Below are positions 35,730 through 49,900 of a DNA stretch of 64,000 nucleotides, piece by piece. A program made the position numbers and the translations under genes. Location: positions 5,946,834-6,010,833 of the forward strand of contig JAHRHZ010000043.1 of NCBI GenBank assembly GCA_024137785.1, in the 5' to 3' direction. This DNA is from Ginglymostoma cirratum (taxonomy: Eukaryota). Under the pieces are notes generated by a model. The model was not told the DNA's origin. It saw nothing but the letters and a program-made list of their open reading frames with translations, and did no database searches. Position 1 is the first letter of the stretch; each line of letters opens with the position of its first letter.

Positions 35730-38700
35730 CACTACCCTACCTTTCAGTCTCATGATCTGGGCATTGCTGGATTGGTCAGCATTTATTGCCCTGAGCTTGG
35801 CATCAGATCGGAACATCGGCACTGGAGTAGGCCATTCAGCCCCTCGAGAATGTTCCACCATTCCATGGGATCATGACTGATCTGTTGCCTAACTCCACAC
35901 ACCTGCCTTTGGCCCATATCCCTTGATACCTTTGCTGAACAAAACAAAATCTATCTCAGATTTAAAACTCACACTTGATCTAACAACAACCACATTGTTG
36001 TTGGTTGAAGGCCACTTCAGAAGACTCACCTCAATAGACTCAGACAAGGTTAAAATCATCAGGGCTTTTTCTAAGCCCATAATTGATGACCGCTCTGCCT
36101 GGGACACAAACAGCCAGCATAGAAAAGGAGGAACCAAAACACAGGAGCAGGCCATTCTGCCCATCATGCCTTTGTCTGCTCTTTGAGAGCAGTCTCTGAT
36201 TTGCCCAACTTCCCCCTGCTCTTTATCCTGTGCCATGGAAACCCTTTTTTTAAGTGTTGCTCCAATTCCCTTTTGAGAGTGATCAATGAATTTGCTCCGA
36301 CTGCCCTTTCAGGTTGGAAGTTCCATATCGCAACAACTTGCTGCAAAACTACAGCTGGTCTTTATCCAGCTCTATTGCCAATAATCTTACTCAGCCAACT
36401 GCGATCAACTCTAATAAAATCAAATAAGGAACACTTCAACCTTGGACTGGAAGGGCAGGAGCTGGGGGTTGTGGGGGGGATTGGAGGTGACCATAGGAAT
36501 GGGGCTGGGAGTGTGAGAGCTGGGGTGGGGGGTTATGGGAAATGGGTTAGCAGGAGGAGGTCCCTGGTTGAGGTGGTTTTTGAAACAACTAAAACTTACA
36601 ACTCCCTGATAAGTCATTCCATTATCATATTGTCACTGACAAACTCTGGGTCTTTAAATATATCCAAAGCCGAGGTTTTTAGATCAGTGACGGAATCAAA
36701 GGTAATGGGGAAAGGGCAGGAAAGTGGAGCTGAGGATTATCCGATCAACATGAGCTCATTAAACAGTGGGGCAGACTTGATGGGCTGAACGGCCTATTTC
36801 AGCTTCTACGTCTATTGGTCAACTGACAGTCTTACACTGAGATCATTCAACTGAGATTCACAGCATCAGTGTCCCACAGGCTTTCCAGAAATAACACACA
36901 CAGGTAATCCACTGTCCCACAGAGCTTCCTGCCACTGGAGACCAACTTACTGCTGACTTACTCACGACAAACACTTTCATGAACCTTCCCCTTCTCTGCT
37001 CTAAGGAGATCAATCCCTGCCTCATTCCAACTCAGCTCCAGTGAACCACCTCCGCAGCCTTGCCTTTCCTGAGGATTATAGGGGTTGCCCATTAACCTCT
37101 GACCTCACATGACTGATCACACCTCTCATCCCATTGTCCAATCGAATGGTTCTTCACTCCAGTAACAGTCTTGGAGACCAGTCAACGGCACAGTCCTTTC
37201 TCCACACTTTTCCTCTTACATGTTCCTCCTCAGTTGCTTGGGTGACCCTTCCACTTTCAGCGATGAAGGGATAAGAATACACAAGATAGTTTCCTGTTTC
37301 ATTCCTCAGGTTTGAGGCACTGCTCCTTTTCCCAAAGGATTGTCTGCCAGGAATCAGCCATTTTCCCTCAAAGTCCAATTGTCCCTCCTTTTACCATTGA
37401 GGGGTCACTGGCTCCACTGTCTATTGTCGTCTGTAACCCTGAATTCAGGACCTTTACCTGCACTGGGGACAAAAGGACAGTGCCAACCACCCCCTGATGT
37501 TTTGAGAGATCTGCCACCCTGCCCACCTGTTGGAAGGACTCGGTTTGTAATGGGTTTTCCCAACTTCTGCCCATTCCTGCATCTGTGTGAACCCACAATA
37601 GCAAACTAACCCTAACTTAGTCTGGGATGACAGTCGGAATGCCAACAGGAAAGCTGAGTACCTCCTAGAGATCTGCAGCACAGAAAAAGGCCCTTTGGCC
37701 CACCATGTCCATGCCAGTCAGAAATAACCATCTCACCATTCTAATCCCTCCCGTGGTATCAGAAGACAACCTTTCAAGGCTGCTCATGTTAATGACTCTG
37801 AGGAAAACCTTGTCAAATATCCTGGATCTCAGCAAGCTTGTCAAAATCAGCTCCAGAAATGCTAAACGGTAACCAGGCTATCATTTAGATTCTAACCAAG
37901 TGGCATAATCTGAACTTCTCCCCTCAGCCCTATCATCGACAGGGATAATGTGGAAGATGGGGGCGAGGTTAAAGATAAGCTATGATCTTCTCAAAGGGCC
38001 GAATGGCCAGATCATCATCTTCATGCTTCATCTTTCCACAAGTCGCTGCTGGCTCATGGGTGGCTTTTGTTCATATTCATCCATTAGAATTAATCTGGAC
38101 AATGAGGGCTGGGGAATTAGAGATCGTATTATTGAACTGGGATACAGGCTCAATCCTGTACTGGCTGAGACAGCCCTCATCATGCCCATCTCAGAGGAAC
38201 CCCTGGAGACTGAGCACGCTCGACCTGTATCAAATCTGCGCGACTGCACCAGAAAGCTGGCTGAAGAGAGCGAGTCAGCTCGGGCAGGCTAGTATCGTAT
38301 GTCCTGGCTGTAATAGATACTGTGTAAAACAGTAATTTAATCTGCAGTAGCTGATACACAGATACAGCATGCAGAATCAGGATGGCATTACTGAGGACAT
38401 TCTCATTGAGGGTAAACGGAATTAGAATAGTTAGGTGGCGATTTGGATCGGCACAGACTCGATGGGCTGAAGGGCCTTTATCTGTGCTGTACACTTCTGA
38501 ATGTATGACTAATGAACGAAAAGGTCCATTTCATAGGACAGTCTGCATACAGTGGGCACTGAGAGAAAGATCTTGCATCCTGAAGCAGCTGACAGCCAAT
38601 GAAGGATATTTGCGGTGCAGTCACGTTGGAATTTTAATGTAGGAGAACATGCAAAGCAGCTTCCTCTATCAGCTGCAGGAGGGAGGGGTCTTCCGCTAAA

Positions 38701-39340
38701 ACCTTCCCCGATCAACAACCTGAAGCTTGGGTGGTCACTCGACATTTCTTTAATAGTCACACCTTTCATTGACAGCCGTCTGACTTGTAACTGTATATTC
38801 CAGAGGGCAGCTTTGATTAAGACACACAGACAGTGGCACTTTAAGAAAATCAAAGTCTTTAATCTGAACAAGTAAATCCAGAGTTGTTCGTTCATCTCTG
38901 GTTGAATCCTGTGAAAGTCTCCCTTTGGATAAGGCAGGAAGAGGATTTGGCTACTCCTCTCCAGAGACCCTGTGGCCCACTGGAGTGAAATCTGGAATAA
39001 TGAAAATGTTGGCAAACGTCTTTAGTTTCAATCAATTATAAGCTTCTTTTCTAAAAAGACCACTGATGACTCAGGATTTGACACGAACATAGAAACAGGA
39101 GTAGACCATTCAGCCCCTCGAGCCTGTTCCACTATTCAGTGAGATCATGGCTAACTGTGTCCAAACTCTATATTCCCGCCTTTGGCCCATATCCCTCAAT
39201 ACCTCTTGCTTAAAAGAATATCATATTTCAGATTTAAAACTAACAACTGATCCATCATTAGAAATCACTAGAAAAACACAGCAGCTTCGGTGGAGAAAAA
39301 GCAGCGTTAACGTTTCTTCAGAACTGATCCTGCATCCATT

Positions 39341-39466
39341 CTGAAGAAGGGTCTAGGCCCGAAACGTCAGCTTTCCTGCTCCTCTGATGCTGCTCGGCCT
39401 GCTGTGTTCATCCAGCTCCACACCTTGTTATCTCAGTAGGAACTGCAGATGCTGGAGAATCTATCT
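39341..39466 (+). mobile_element. Family A monomer with intact HHR core and inverted tail
   Basis: CTGAAGAagggtctaggcccGAAAcGTC at 39341-39368; TSD ctgcatccatt at 39330-39340 and 39467-39477. Confidence 0.85.
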
Positions 39467-40419
39467 CTGCATCCATTGCTGCTGGTGGGAAAGAGTCTTA
39501 AACATCAGAATGGGAACTTCTTTTCTCTGTTGGGCTGAGGAATAAATATTTACTCAGACACTGAGCCTGTCGGCTCTGGTTTAGCTGCTGGGGAGACATG
39601 TTTAGCTTTTGATCTGCTGTTTGGAGGCAGCAGTTTTGATTGGAAAAGATACAAACTTGAGTCAATGGAAGGAGTTACTTCAGTTGCCTCCCATCTCCTG
39701 ATGCGCTCTATTCTCGATGGCAATCAAATCAAACCAAACAACAGTTTAGGAATTGATCACGTCTCCATAGCAGACAGATCTCAGTTGATTGAATCTGTAC
39801 TTGAGGGCGTGTTGATGATCAGCCTGAGATAAATGGAATCAAAACCAAACATTTACACCAAAACAGTCATCTTTAAAGAAACAGAACATTGAGTGTTTCT
39901 TTGATGTCAACCAGAGCTGCACAGGTGATTAAGCGCCTGGAATACCAGCCTTCTCAGGTTATATTTGGCAACTCAATACTATCCTTTGAGGTGTTCAATG
40001 ACGTTTGCTAAACTCATCCACTCAGTCTCCTGGTATATGACATTTTGCACAGTGTGAAACAATACGGGCAATACCATTAATTCAAATTAGGGATCGTTCC
40101 CCTTTTAGGTTTTCACACACAGAATGTGCGGGTCATTTGTTGCCCATCCCTAGTTACCCTTGAAAAGGTGATGGTGAGCTGCCTTCTGACACTTAATGGT
40201 CAGCTAATAGGCAGACCACCCTCTGATGTGGACGCAAAACATCCCATTGCGCTATTTTGAAAAAAAAAGCTGCTTTATGCTTTTTCTCTATCGCTGTCTG
40301 CTTTGCTGATTGTGCCTACAGGCTGAGAAATTTCTAAAATTCTCCCAGTGACCTAGGCCCATATACATCCCCATCATTAAAAAAAAGCACAGGTTCACTG
40401 ATCACCAATACCTTGCTTT

Positions 40420-40785
40420 TATCAGAGGTGCCAACTTTTGTTTGAGACATTAAATGGGGCCCCAGCTGCCTTCTCAGGTGGCAATATTTTGGAGAGGAAC
40501 AGGGGTATTTACCGTTTCCCCCCCCTCCACCCAGAGTCTTGGCCAATAGTCCTAACAATTACAAATACAGATGATCTGATCAATGTCACATTGCCGTTTG
40601 TGTGCGCTTGCAGAAATGGTTAAATCGTTTCCTCGATGGTCTGAAGGGCCTTTTTCTGCCCTAGCGCCCCTCTCTGAGTTGCTGCGTGCAAGCTGGCTGC
40701 TGAGTTACCTATACTTCAACTCGACTGTAAGTGGCTCCCAGAAGTGGCAAAGCCATGGAAGTTGCTACATAAATGCAGGTCGTTC
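40420..40785 (+). mobile_element. Deu-domain SINE (SacSINE1-like)
   Basis: tcagaggtgccaacttttgtttgagacattaaatggggccccagctgccttctcaggtgg...gctacataaatgcagg. Confidence 0.6.
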
Positions 40786-40941
40786 TTTCCCAAAGACAAC
40801 AAGAGATGAAAAACATCTGCTCTTCGCATCCACTGTTTTACACAGAGCTACGGATCAAGTGCGGACGTTAACATGGTGTAGAATCACAGGCTCATAGCAC
40901 ACATCACTCTCCATGAAGCAATGCTCAGAAGAGCTCTGGAG

Positions 40942-41245
40942 CAGGCACAGTGGCTCACTGGTTAGCACTGCTACCTCACAGCATTAGGGACACAGGTTCA
41001 ATTCCACCCTTGGGTGACTGTGTGTGTGTGGAGTTTGCACATTCTTCCTGTGTCTGCATGGGTATCCTCCCACAGTCACAAAGATTTGCAGACTAGGTGA
41101 ATTGGCCATGCTAAATTACCCATTGTGTCCAGGGATGTGTAGGCCGGCTGTGTTAGCCATGGGAAATGTAGAGGGTGTGGGTGTAGATGTACTTTGGAGT
41201 CAGAATGGGCTTAATGGCCTGCTACCATACTGTACAGATTCTATG
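40942..41245 (+). mobile_element. HE1-like V-SINE
   Basis: ggcacagtggctcactggttagcactgctacctcacagc...gattctatg. Confidence 0.82.
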
Positions 41246-42901
41246 CTAGGTACCAGGTGTGATTGTATTCACAGCTGAACACAGGCCTCTGAGGTAAGCA
41301 AATCTTAATAATGAAACCATTCAAAGCAAACAGTCTCTTTCTCATGGGCTAGATTTAATCTGCAAGAGATGAGGGATGTTTTGGGGTAATTGGATAAACA
41401 GTTCTGATTCACTGCATTTTCTCTTTTACGAAAAAGGAATGCTCTGTTTAATTCCTGGGAACAAATGTATGACATAATCAGCATTAACTTCTGCTCCCAC
41501 GGTCCTGCTTCACTTTATCTGAACTCCTATCACTCAGCCAGGGCTTAATTGCATCAGGTAAGATGTGGAACTGGTTGATCGAGAGTTTAATACAAATATT
41601 TTTTTTAGCCTGGAGCATGAAACACCTGACACATTAGCCATTCTATTCTATTGTCCCTGTCTCTCTTTGTGAAACTCTTCCAGTTAACGAGTGAGGCCAA
41701 GATAGTACACGCTGCCTGACCTTTCCAACCACGTTGCAACCACAAACTAACCTTCAGCAATAGTTCAAGGGTTGCTGAATTACCACCCAAGTTGGCGGGT
41801 CTCTGGACGAAACAAAATGAGGAGGTGAATGCTGAGCAATGGGACCCGGTCCCAGTTTGGAACAGATTTCACCCCTATCCTAGGTCAGGTTTTAGTAGGG
41901 TCCGATGCAAAGTAAAGGTCCTCCCATTTTACCTTCTCCAACCCACAACTATATCAATTTGCTATTGCAAAGTCCCTTCGACCTAAATGTCATCAACAAT
42001 TCTGTGCCAAATTGGTATCAACTCTACACTTGTGTCCTTTAAAGGGTAGGGCTAACCACAATAGGATCCTGGGTGTGGGTAGGGAGTCAGGGTGAGTCTG
42101 AAACTGGATTAAAGGGCATGACATAACCCATCACATGATGCTGTCTTTTCTTCCCTGTGTACAGATGGGCAGCCCAGAGGATTAGCAACTCTGACTGAAC
42201 ACAATATTTGACCACCATTTGCAAATTGTTGCATTTACCTCAAAGAGGGCTCTTCTGTAACTGTGGGTCTCTTCTGGTGTTTTAACATGAAACCACGAGG
42301 AGAATGTCCCGTCTGAAGAACGAAGGAGGTATCCAGCTATGGACTTTGCTGCTAATGGGCAGGGGACAGAAATGGAGGTTGGACTTGGCGGCAGAGACCT
42401 GATCAATTCAACTTCTGGGAGACTCATTGAGCAGAATCTAAAGACTGAGAGGGTCTCATGCTGTCCTGGCCAACACTGAAAGCATGAGCAATAAAATCGT
42501 GGCCTCATCAATGACTGAAGAGGAGACAAAATTGGATTCAAGACGAGTCAGCGTTAGCACCGCATATCTCAAGGTGTCCCAAAGTGATTTGCAATAAATC
42601 CCCACAGTTTGTGAAGATTAATTGATGGAGACCATTGCAAGCAATAAAACCACAAACAACACACACATCTCATTATAAGAGCCAATGGAACAGATTCCAA
42701 ACAAAGGTGCAAGAAAAAAAACCAATGAAACCAGGCAGAAGAGTGGAATAAAAAAAAAAATAACATTTGTCAAACTGATCCTTTGTTTAAGGAGTTTCAG
42801 GTGAAGTTGGTAAAGTGTCGGTGTAGACAACAGCACTGTATAATTTGAGTGGTTGCTGGTGGAAACACTGTTCAGTTGTGTGTCATAGTACTTCTGGATG
42901 T

Positions 42902-42974
42902 AGAGAAAACAGGAGCCAACGGCACTGTGTAACGTCGGACAGAGAAAACAGGAGCCAACGGTACTGTGTAACGT
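42902..42974. repeat. 39 bp tandem duplication (about 1.9 copies)
   Basis: agagaaaacaggagccaacgg(c/t)actgtgtaacgt at 42902 and 42941. Confidence 0.9.
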
Positions 42975-43794
42975 TGTGCACCCACAAGCAACATGGCAAT
43001 CAACAGAGGTGCCAACTGCACTTTACAGTCTCAGAAATAGCTCCATTACGTCAGTCTTGTGCGTGGTTCGTAATTTTTTTGTGTTTTAAAATCTTTGCCA
43101 ATTTCCTCACATTTTGGACACCAAAGAAAAACCCAATAAAAATCAGTGATCACAGACACAGTGCACCAGAGGCTTCAGGTGGGTCAGCAAGTTTCCAAAC
43201 GTCATGGTTTTATGGTAATGTCACGTATTTTCTTCAAAAAAGTGGCCACATCTGCATTGCAGAAAACCCGGCAGCTAATGTGTGCACTGCAAGGTCCCAG
43301 AGACAGCGATGAACTATCACCAGGTAACCATTGCACAGGTCCAGGTTGTATCAAACATATGATATCACCAATTCCTTTCTAGGTTGTTTTGGAGGGTGTT
43401 CGATAAGACAGCAAGCTACCCCCACCACCCATGACGACTGGATCTAGAGAAGACACTGCAAAGGGCTCTCTCTGTCCAATTCCCAGGCAGTGACCTGGAA
43501 GCAGGAAGCATTCCCCAAACAGGTTCCAGCCTTACCTCAGATCAGAAGTTGAAATGCCACTGAACAGCAATTTGGATTTATGCAACACTGATACAATTGT
43601 AAACCACTCCAAGGCATTTCACACGGAAACTCTAATTATTTTTATTAAAATAGTCTTTAGATAACGTACAAGGTAGGACACACCTTCCCTTAGGGGGATC
43701 TAAAATGAAAATGACAAAACGTCAATAGCGCTGGGCAAGGTTCCCCGAGGTATTATCTGGCCTGGCTGTGCGTGCAAGAATGAACACTACACTT

Positions 43795-44432
43795 ATGAGC
43801 ATCCCAGGGTTTACCATTGACCAGGAACTGAACTGGACTAGCCATATAAACACTGCAATTACAACAGCAGGTCAGAAGCTGGAAATACCGCAGTGAGTAA
43901 ATCACCTCCTGACTCCTCAAAGCCTGTCCATAACAAGGCACAAGTCAGGAGTGTGATGGAATACTCCCCACTTGCCTGGATGGGTGCAGCCCCAACAACA
44001 CTCAAGAAGCTTGACACTAAAGAAGCCTGCTTGATTGGCACCACATCCATCAGCATTCACTCCCCCCCGCACCACCAGCAGCAGTGTGTAGCACCTATAA
44101 GATCCACTTCACAAAAATTCACCAGGCTCCTCAGACAGTACCTTCCAAACCCATAAACACTACCATCTGGAAGGGCAGGAGCAGTAGGTACATGGGGGCT
44201 CCATCACCTACAAATTCCCCTCCAAGCCACTTATCATCCTGACTTGGAAATATATCACCTTCACTGTCTTTGGGTCAAGCTCCTGGAAGCCCCTCCCTCA
44301 CAGTATGGAGAGTGCACCTACACCAAAGGGACCGCAGCAATTCAATAAGGGCAGTCAAGCACCAGCTCTCGGGCAACTGGTGTTGGGTAACAAATGCTGG
44401 TCCTGCCTACAACACTTACACCCCGTGAATGA
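43795..44432 (+). mobile_element. CR1-type LINE 3' fragment
   Basis: KAQVRSVMEYSPLAWMGAAPTTLKKLD; same family as 2240-2835. Confidence 0.8.
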
Positions 44433-44854
44433 TACCTTTTTCTAAAAAGAAACAAAATAGATTAAGATATTCTTTGGGATGAACGATGCCGTAATTAGGC
44501 ACGGAAATTCTCAACCAGGTACCCAGATGAAAACATTATCACGTTTCCTTCTTTTTCAGTGAACTCAACTTGAGCAGACTCCTGTTAGTTTCTAAATCAG
44601 TATGAGCCCAACAAGAGCCATTAACTGCCCCAGCCAGCACTATAATTACACTGTCTTGGTTTACCAGCCTTCACCACAGGATTGACCCAATTTAAGTCTC
44701 AGGATCCATGTGAGGACACAGCAGCATTTCGTACATGGCTGGTCAGCTTGTCAAGTTTTTCTTACGTATGGCATTTGTGGAGACATGGAGAGCGTGTAAA
44801 ACACACCAATTATTTTCTCGATCCTTTGGCTCAGACCAAGCATTGGGATGGAAG

Positions 44855-46037
44855 GATGAGCCCAAAGCTGGCCTCATCCTGGAAACAAAACAGAAGTTGC
44901 TGGAAAAGCTCAGCAGGTCTGGCAGCATCTGTGAAGGGAAAAAACAGAGTTAATGTTTGGGGTCCGGTGACCCTTCGTCACAACCTGGCCTCATCTTGAT
45001 GGCCACCTTTGTATGCAACTGCATCAAGCCATACGTAGACCCTCAGTATACAAACACCAAGTGTCGCTACGCACTCAGGTTCTACCACCCTCCCACTGTT
45101 GTGAAGGATGAAACTTTCCTCGTTGCCGTGGAACCCTCCAAAGTAGTTGGATCATTCCATACCAACTGTCCCTCATGGAGAGGCTTGTAAAAGAAACTAT
45201 CTTTGACCGCAAGACCATCAGGAAGTGGTCAGCATGTAGTGTCCTCAAGACCCTGTGGGGAAAAAGGAGAGGGTGGATCCTGGTGGGTGTTTCCCTGAGT
45301 AGACTGTCAAAGTCATTTGGCAGAACGCCCCATCACCTGAACTCTCCGACAAGCACCAAGACATCGCCTGACTGATGGTGACAAGGGCATTGCCTGAGAA
45401 TCTTCATGCATACCCAATCTCTGTGCACCACCACATTGCGCTCGAAACAGCTGAGCTCTTGAAGAGACTGCCACACATCTCCTTCTGGAGTGTGCCTTTG
45501 CAAAAGGTGTGGAGACAGATGCAATAGTTTGTTTCGAGATTCATCCCAAGGAGCTCCTTGACATGGAACTCTGTGCTATACTGTCTGTTCCTGGGACACA
45601 CAACAAGACAAACATATACTGCAGCTGGAGGACCATCAACTCGGTGAAAGACCCTCTTTGGTCTGCCCAAAGTTTGTTGGTCTTCCACTGCAGGTTTGAC
45701 CTCAACTGGCATATTCCAAGGTCCAGGACTATGTACTAAGGGACACACTAAAGCCTGGGCAGCTGCTGTCAAAGCACAGTGGGGAAAGACCACGGTCAGA
45801 AGTCTTCCTGTCACAGTACAATGAGGGTCCATTCAGTTGTCACACTGTCTTTTTAATCAATGTAAATAGGGTTCTGCTCGAGCAGGAAGCGTCTTTGGTA
45901 TTTGCACCTGCAGGGAATGTCAAGTCCCAATCTTTGTTTTTATTTGATATGCAAATTCTGTACAGGACCTCTTTAGCACTTGTGATTGTACACGAAGATA
46001 CTCAAAAAAAACTTCTGCAATAAATAAAAAAAAAAAA
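44855..46037 (+). mobile_element. Tx1/L1-clade LINE 3' part, degenerate
   Basis: LILMATFVCNCIK..DPQY.NTKC.Y.LRFY; zinc-finger remnant EETATHLLLECAFA..VW (45460-45515); CSWRTINSVKDPLWSA; ends aataaataaaaaaaa. Confidence 0.72.
44882..44984 (-). mobile_element. Family B monomer (tail-less) inserted in a Tx1-like LINE
   Basis: TSD ctggcctcatcctg / ctggcctcatcttg at 44868-44881 and 44985-44998; HHR boxes mutated. Confidence 0.82.
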
Positions 46038-46929
46038 TGCTGACCTGCTTCAAGAGGAGGCAGAACCTTGGAGCCCAATCCCTCACCAGATCTTTATTGA
46101 CATTGGCGTCAGGCTGGAGGCTGTAATCCTTGTCCATTTTTGCAAGGGCTACATCACTCTCAGTGGCCCAGAAAGATTTGTAGGATTTCCACTGCATATT
46201 CAGCAAGTTCTGAACGTTCTCATGGACTAACCATTGGCATTACTGCTTTCAATAGTTTTGCTTTCAAGTGCCTCTTAGCTGGAATGTTAGACAGGGCTAC
46301 GGACCAAGAGGTCAGCTTTGCGCATGGTTTTGCTGCTTGGTCTGCTGATTATCTCATTATATCCTCCATCAAAATCCTGCAGCATCTTTCTGCAATCGCC
46401 TGGCTGCTAAATCCTAATTTTTAATCCCACCCCCCATACAGCTATTGCAGTTTGATATAATCAGAACTGCAGATGCTGAAGATCTGAAACAAAAACAGAA
46501 GGAGATGCTAAAATGTAGCTCATGTCCTACCTGGTTAGACAGCAGGACTGGGGGGAAGACAGAGATCATAGGCAGCAAGCAGTCAAGTGCTTGAGGAAGC
46601 AGCCAAAGGGGGAACTAAGATAAAGAGAAATTTCTTCACTCAGAGGGCTGGGAATTTGGGAATTCTGAACATGGGACCTGTGGGTGCATACACTAAGTAT
46701 ATTCAAGGCTAGAGTGAATTACCTTTGAACACTCAAACACAAAAAGAGGAGAGGAGTCCAGATCAAAGTTCATCCATGACCTTACTGAACGACGAATCAG
46801 AATTGAAGGACTGAGTGGCCTTAACCTGGTCCTATTTCTTCTGTTCCTAAAAGGTTTCTACGTATAAAGTAGCCATGAGCAGACACCATTAGCTCTAAAC
46901 CAATCACAACAATTACACACAGCCAGCAG

Positions 46930-49900
46930 TGAATATAAACAAGGATTTTTCTTTATTGCTGGTATCAGGTGTGTTCTCGGCAGCTCTTTATATTGCCAAG
47001 AATAATGATCCATCATAAAAACAAATTGTTCGATGTGCTACAATCTTGTTTACAATTCTTTAAAGACATTGGAGGTGCACAATTCAGACAGAGTATCAAC
47101 AGTTTCTTTTCCCATTTAAATTTTACAACATGTAACAAAATTAACTACAAGGTCCTGTCAAGACAGTTACTGGCAGTCAGTGACAGGACAGATCTGAAAC
47201 TATGTACAATGTATACAGCCTAACATGATCAATCAAAATCAATAATACTTCAACCCCACCCACCCCCCAAACCCTTTTCATTAAATGTTGTAGTTTAAAC
47301 AGAATCTGATGATTTTACACTATAAACAACAGTCCAGGAGCAGAGTCTTTACTGTATTAGCTGTGGTTGTGGGGGTGGTTACACAGGATTAGGAGGGACA
47401 TCGTCTTCCTAATGTGCACAGCTTGTGCACTCTGCCAATTTTCTCTCAACATTTTCCGAGACACCGGTGTGGTCACAGCTGGATACCCACCTAAACCCCA
47501 GTCACTTCTCTCCCAAGCAGACGGGGCAGCTCCAACAGGATGGTCATTTGCTGAATGGCCTTGCTCAATAGCGCAGGGGGAAGCCCTTTCTCTACATACC
47601 CCCACTAAACCCCAGAAACACAAGAGACAACAGTAACATGCCTAGCCTGCACATGGTGATCAGGAAGCACAGAGACCTTAAGGTCACACTGCCTTAACTG
47701 CGATAACACAGCTGCTTTGCCGTCATCGGACTTAGCATTAATACTGAATGTAGTGGAGATAGGCTGATGCAATGACAGGTTATTTGTCAGTTTTCCGGAT
47801 TGCTGGTTGGTTCACTTGGAAGGCTAGGAATATTTCTTATTATTTGAAGTACTACAGGGATATCAAAGTGTCTCACGCTCTCTGCATAACCCTCTTGGAG
47901 ATACCCCAGATCCCATTCTGCCATTTACGTATCAAAGGTTTTGTTTTATCCTCTCTGCCTGCCTTGGCTCCTATTAAGATGCAACTCCAACGGTAAACAG
48001 GCATCATTCTTGTACAACACCTGAGGGGAGACTCCAGAGCAAAGGTTGGCTGGGTATATGACCTCAAGCTGCCTCTGGTTTTCAATGCAAGTCACTCAGT
48101 GGTGAGGGGTGACAGCTCTAGATTCCACCACACCCCACTTCACCCCAGCATAGCTAGTGACCACTAATGGAACTTATACATCGCGGGCTGACCAGATCGA
48201 GGACAGCACAGACCAGAACAGATACGGGCATAGAATCTTATCTGGGTGGCTCGGAGTACGAGGACCTGTGCCTGAGGGTCGAGAGAGTTGAATTTTTGCT
48301 GGCAGCTGTAAAGCTGAATCTTCTGCCACAAGAGCAGACTTTGATTTTAGAGGCGTGCAGCCGAGACAGAGATAAAAACAAATCAATTTATCCTTTGGCA
48401 AATTTACACCATTTCTTTTAAAGAGAGAGAAAAATTACATGGAAAGCCACGCTTGAATTCAGTAGCATTGTGTAATATTTCTATTTGAGCCTCTCTCTGG
48501 AAAACAAGGTACTGACAAAGTAATCGTTGGAGGGAGTTGACTGGAAACTGTGCTTTCCCCATCAGTAACCAGTCTTCCAACTTAACCACAGCTTGTACAA
48601 ATTATTAAAATCTTAAGTGTGATTCTAAAACAAAAGCCAATTCCATTAACACCAAGATCTCGTGGCATGTAGCGATAAGGTGCTCAAAAGGATTTCACAA
48701 CGAACAGAATTTCATTGAAACTCAATCAACAATCTCACTCCCTGCCCCTACATACTCATCCTACAGGATTTAAACTTGCAATAAGGAGACCCCCTAGCTC
48801 AAAGCCTCAACACACCAGGTGCCAGAGTGCCAAAGGAATGGCATCCTTGGAGCCCATGGGGAACCAGAACGTCGAAGGTCAGTCAGTGACTGGTAACTCC
48901 ATCAATATTAAGTGTCCTTGAACACTATCCACTCCACCACTGTCCCTCTCAACCAACCTAACACATCTTTTCCCTCAACATCCGAGAGAAGTAATCTTTA
49001 AATCTCTCGCAAGGTTCAATTGGCACTGATTTTTTTTGTGTGTTAGAATGGAGACTTGAGTCCCTAGTGACAAGACATGAAATAATACACAGGGCTGAGC
49101 CCACAGCCTTGCAGGAAATGACTGAATATTGCATAGATCCATTAATACAGGAGGTGTGTTGCCTCCATAAGAAACCCATCACATGGCCAAGATATCATGT
49201 GATCAGACCATAGTCACATGACTGCATCCATTGGTGGAATGTTTGAGGTTGCGTTCCTTGGCTTTTTTCATGATTTCCACTTCTTAATCCTCAGATACAA
49301 AGTACAGTAACAATTTAGAGTGCATTAAAGTGCTCTGTGAACTTAAAAAATTTAACTACTACACATTTCGGACAGAATAACCAGCTATAAACAAATTGGA
49401 TAAAGAAATCATGCTCCAGTGCAAATTGGAAGAACCCACTCAAAAGTGAAAAGTTTAAGATATTTCTAGTGGTTAACTCTCTTCTCAATATTTTGAAAAG
49501 TGTTTTTACCTGCCTAAAATAACTTTCAGGAATCAGACTAGGGTTGGGAAAAACTCAATATTTTGAGAATAAGTGGTTATGCAGACTCAAAACTCTGCCC
49601 AAACTAAAAGATTTAACTCATTGACCTGACTGTGCTAGGTGAGCTTCAAGATGGAGGGTGGGGTGGGAAAGAGAGGAGATGACACCTGGGAGTGGGGTTG
49701 CAGGGAAACAGAAGTCAAGTTAAATCTAACCATTGGATCCCGTCCCCCTCTCAGGCCCACTGTGCCAGCAAATTTCAACATCTTCACATTCCTCCTAGCG
49801 GAAGCTGAAAGGTGCTTTCCCACTCTCAGTACGAACACCTCACACATACGTTCTGCACGAGCTTACGTTACCCACGGAGAAGCTCCAGTTCAATGGTTTT

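Noticed and set aside
36183-36788. 201 aa ORF
   Set aside because: Spans antisense and sense CR1 tails and a G-rich tract; no coding signature.
38509-39015. 168 aa minus-strand ORF
   Set aside because: Non-ATG start, extends into a Deu-SINE remnant, and has no recognisable domain.
42902-42974. Repeat-spacer-like pattern (CRISPR?)
   Set aside because: A simple two-copy 39 bp tandem duplication in a vertebrate genome; no spacers or cas genes.
45973-46400. Exon-like minus-strand ORF (MQWKSYKSFWATESD...) with a donor near 46046
   Set aside because: An in-frame stop lies just upstream, there is no clear acceptor, and no family is recognisable.
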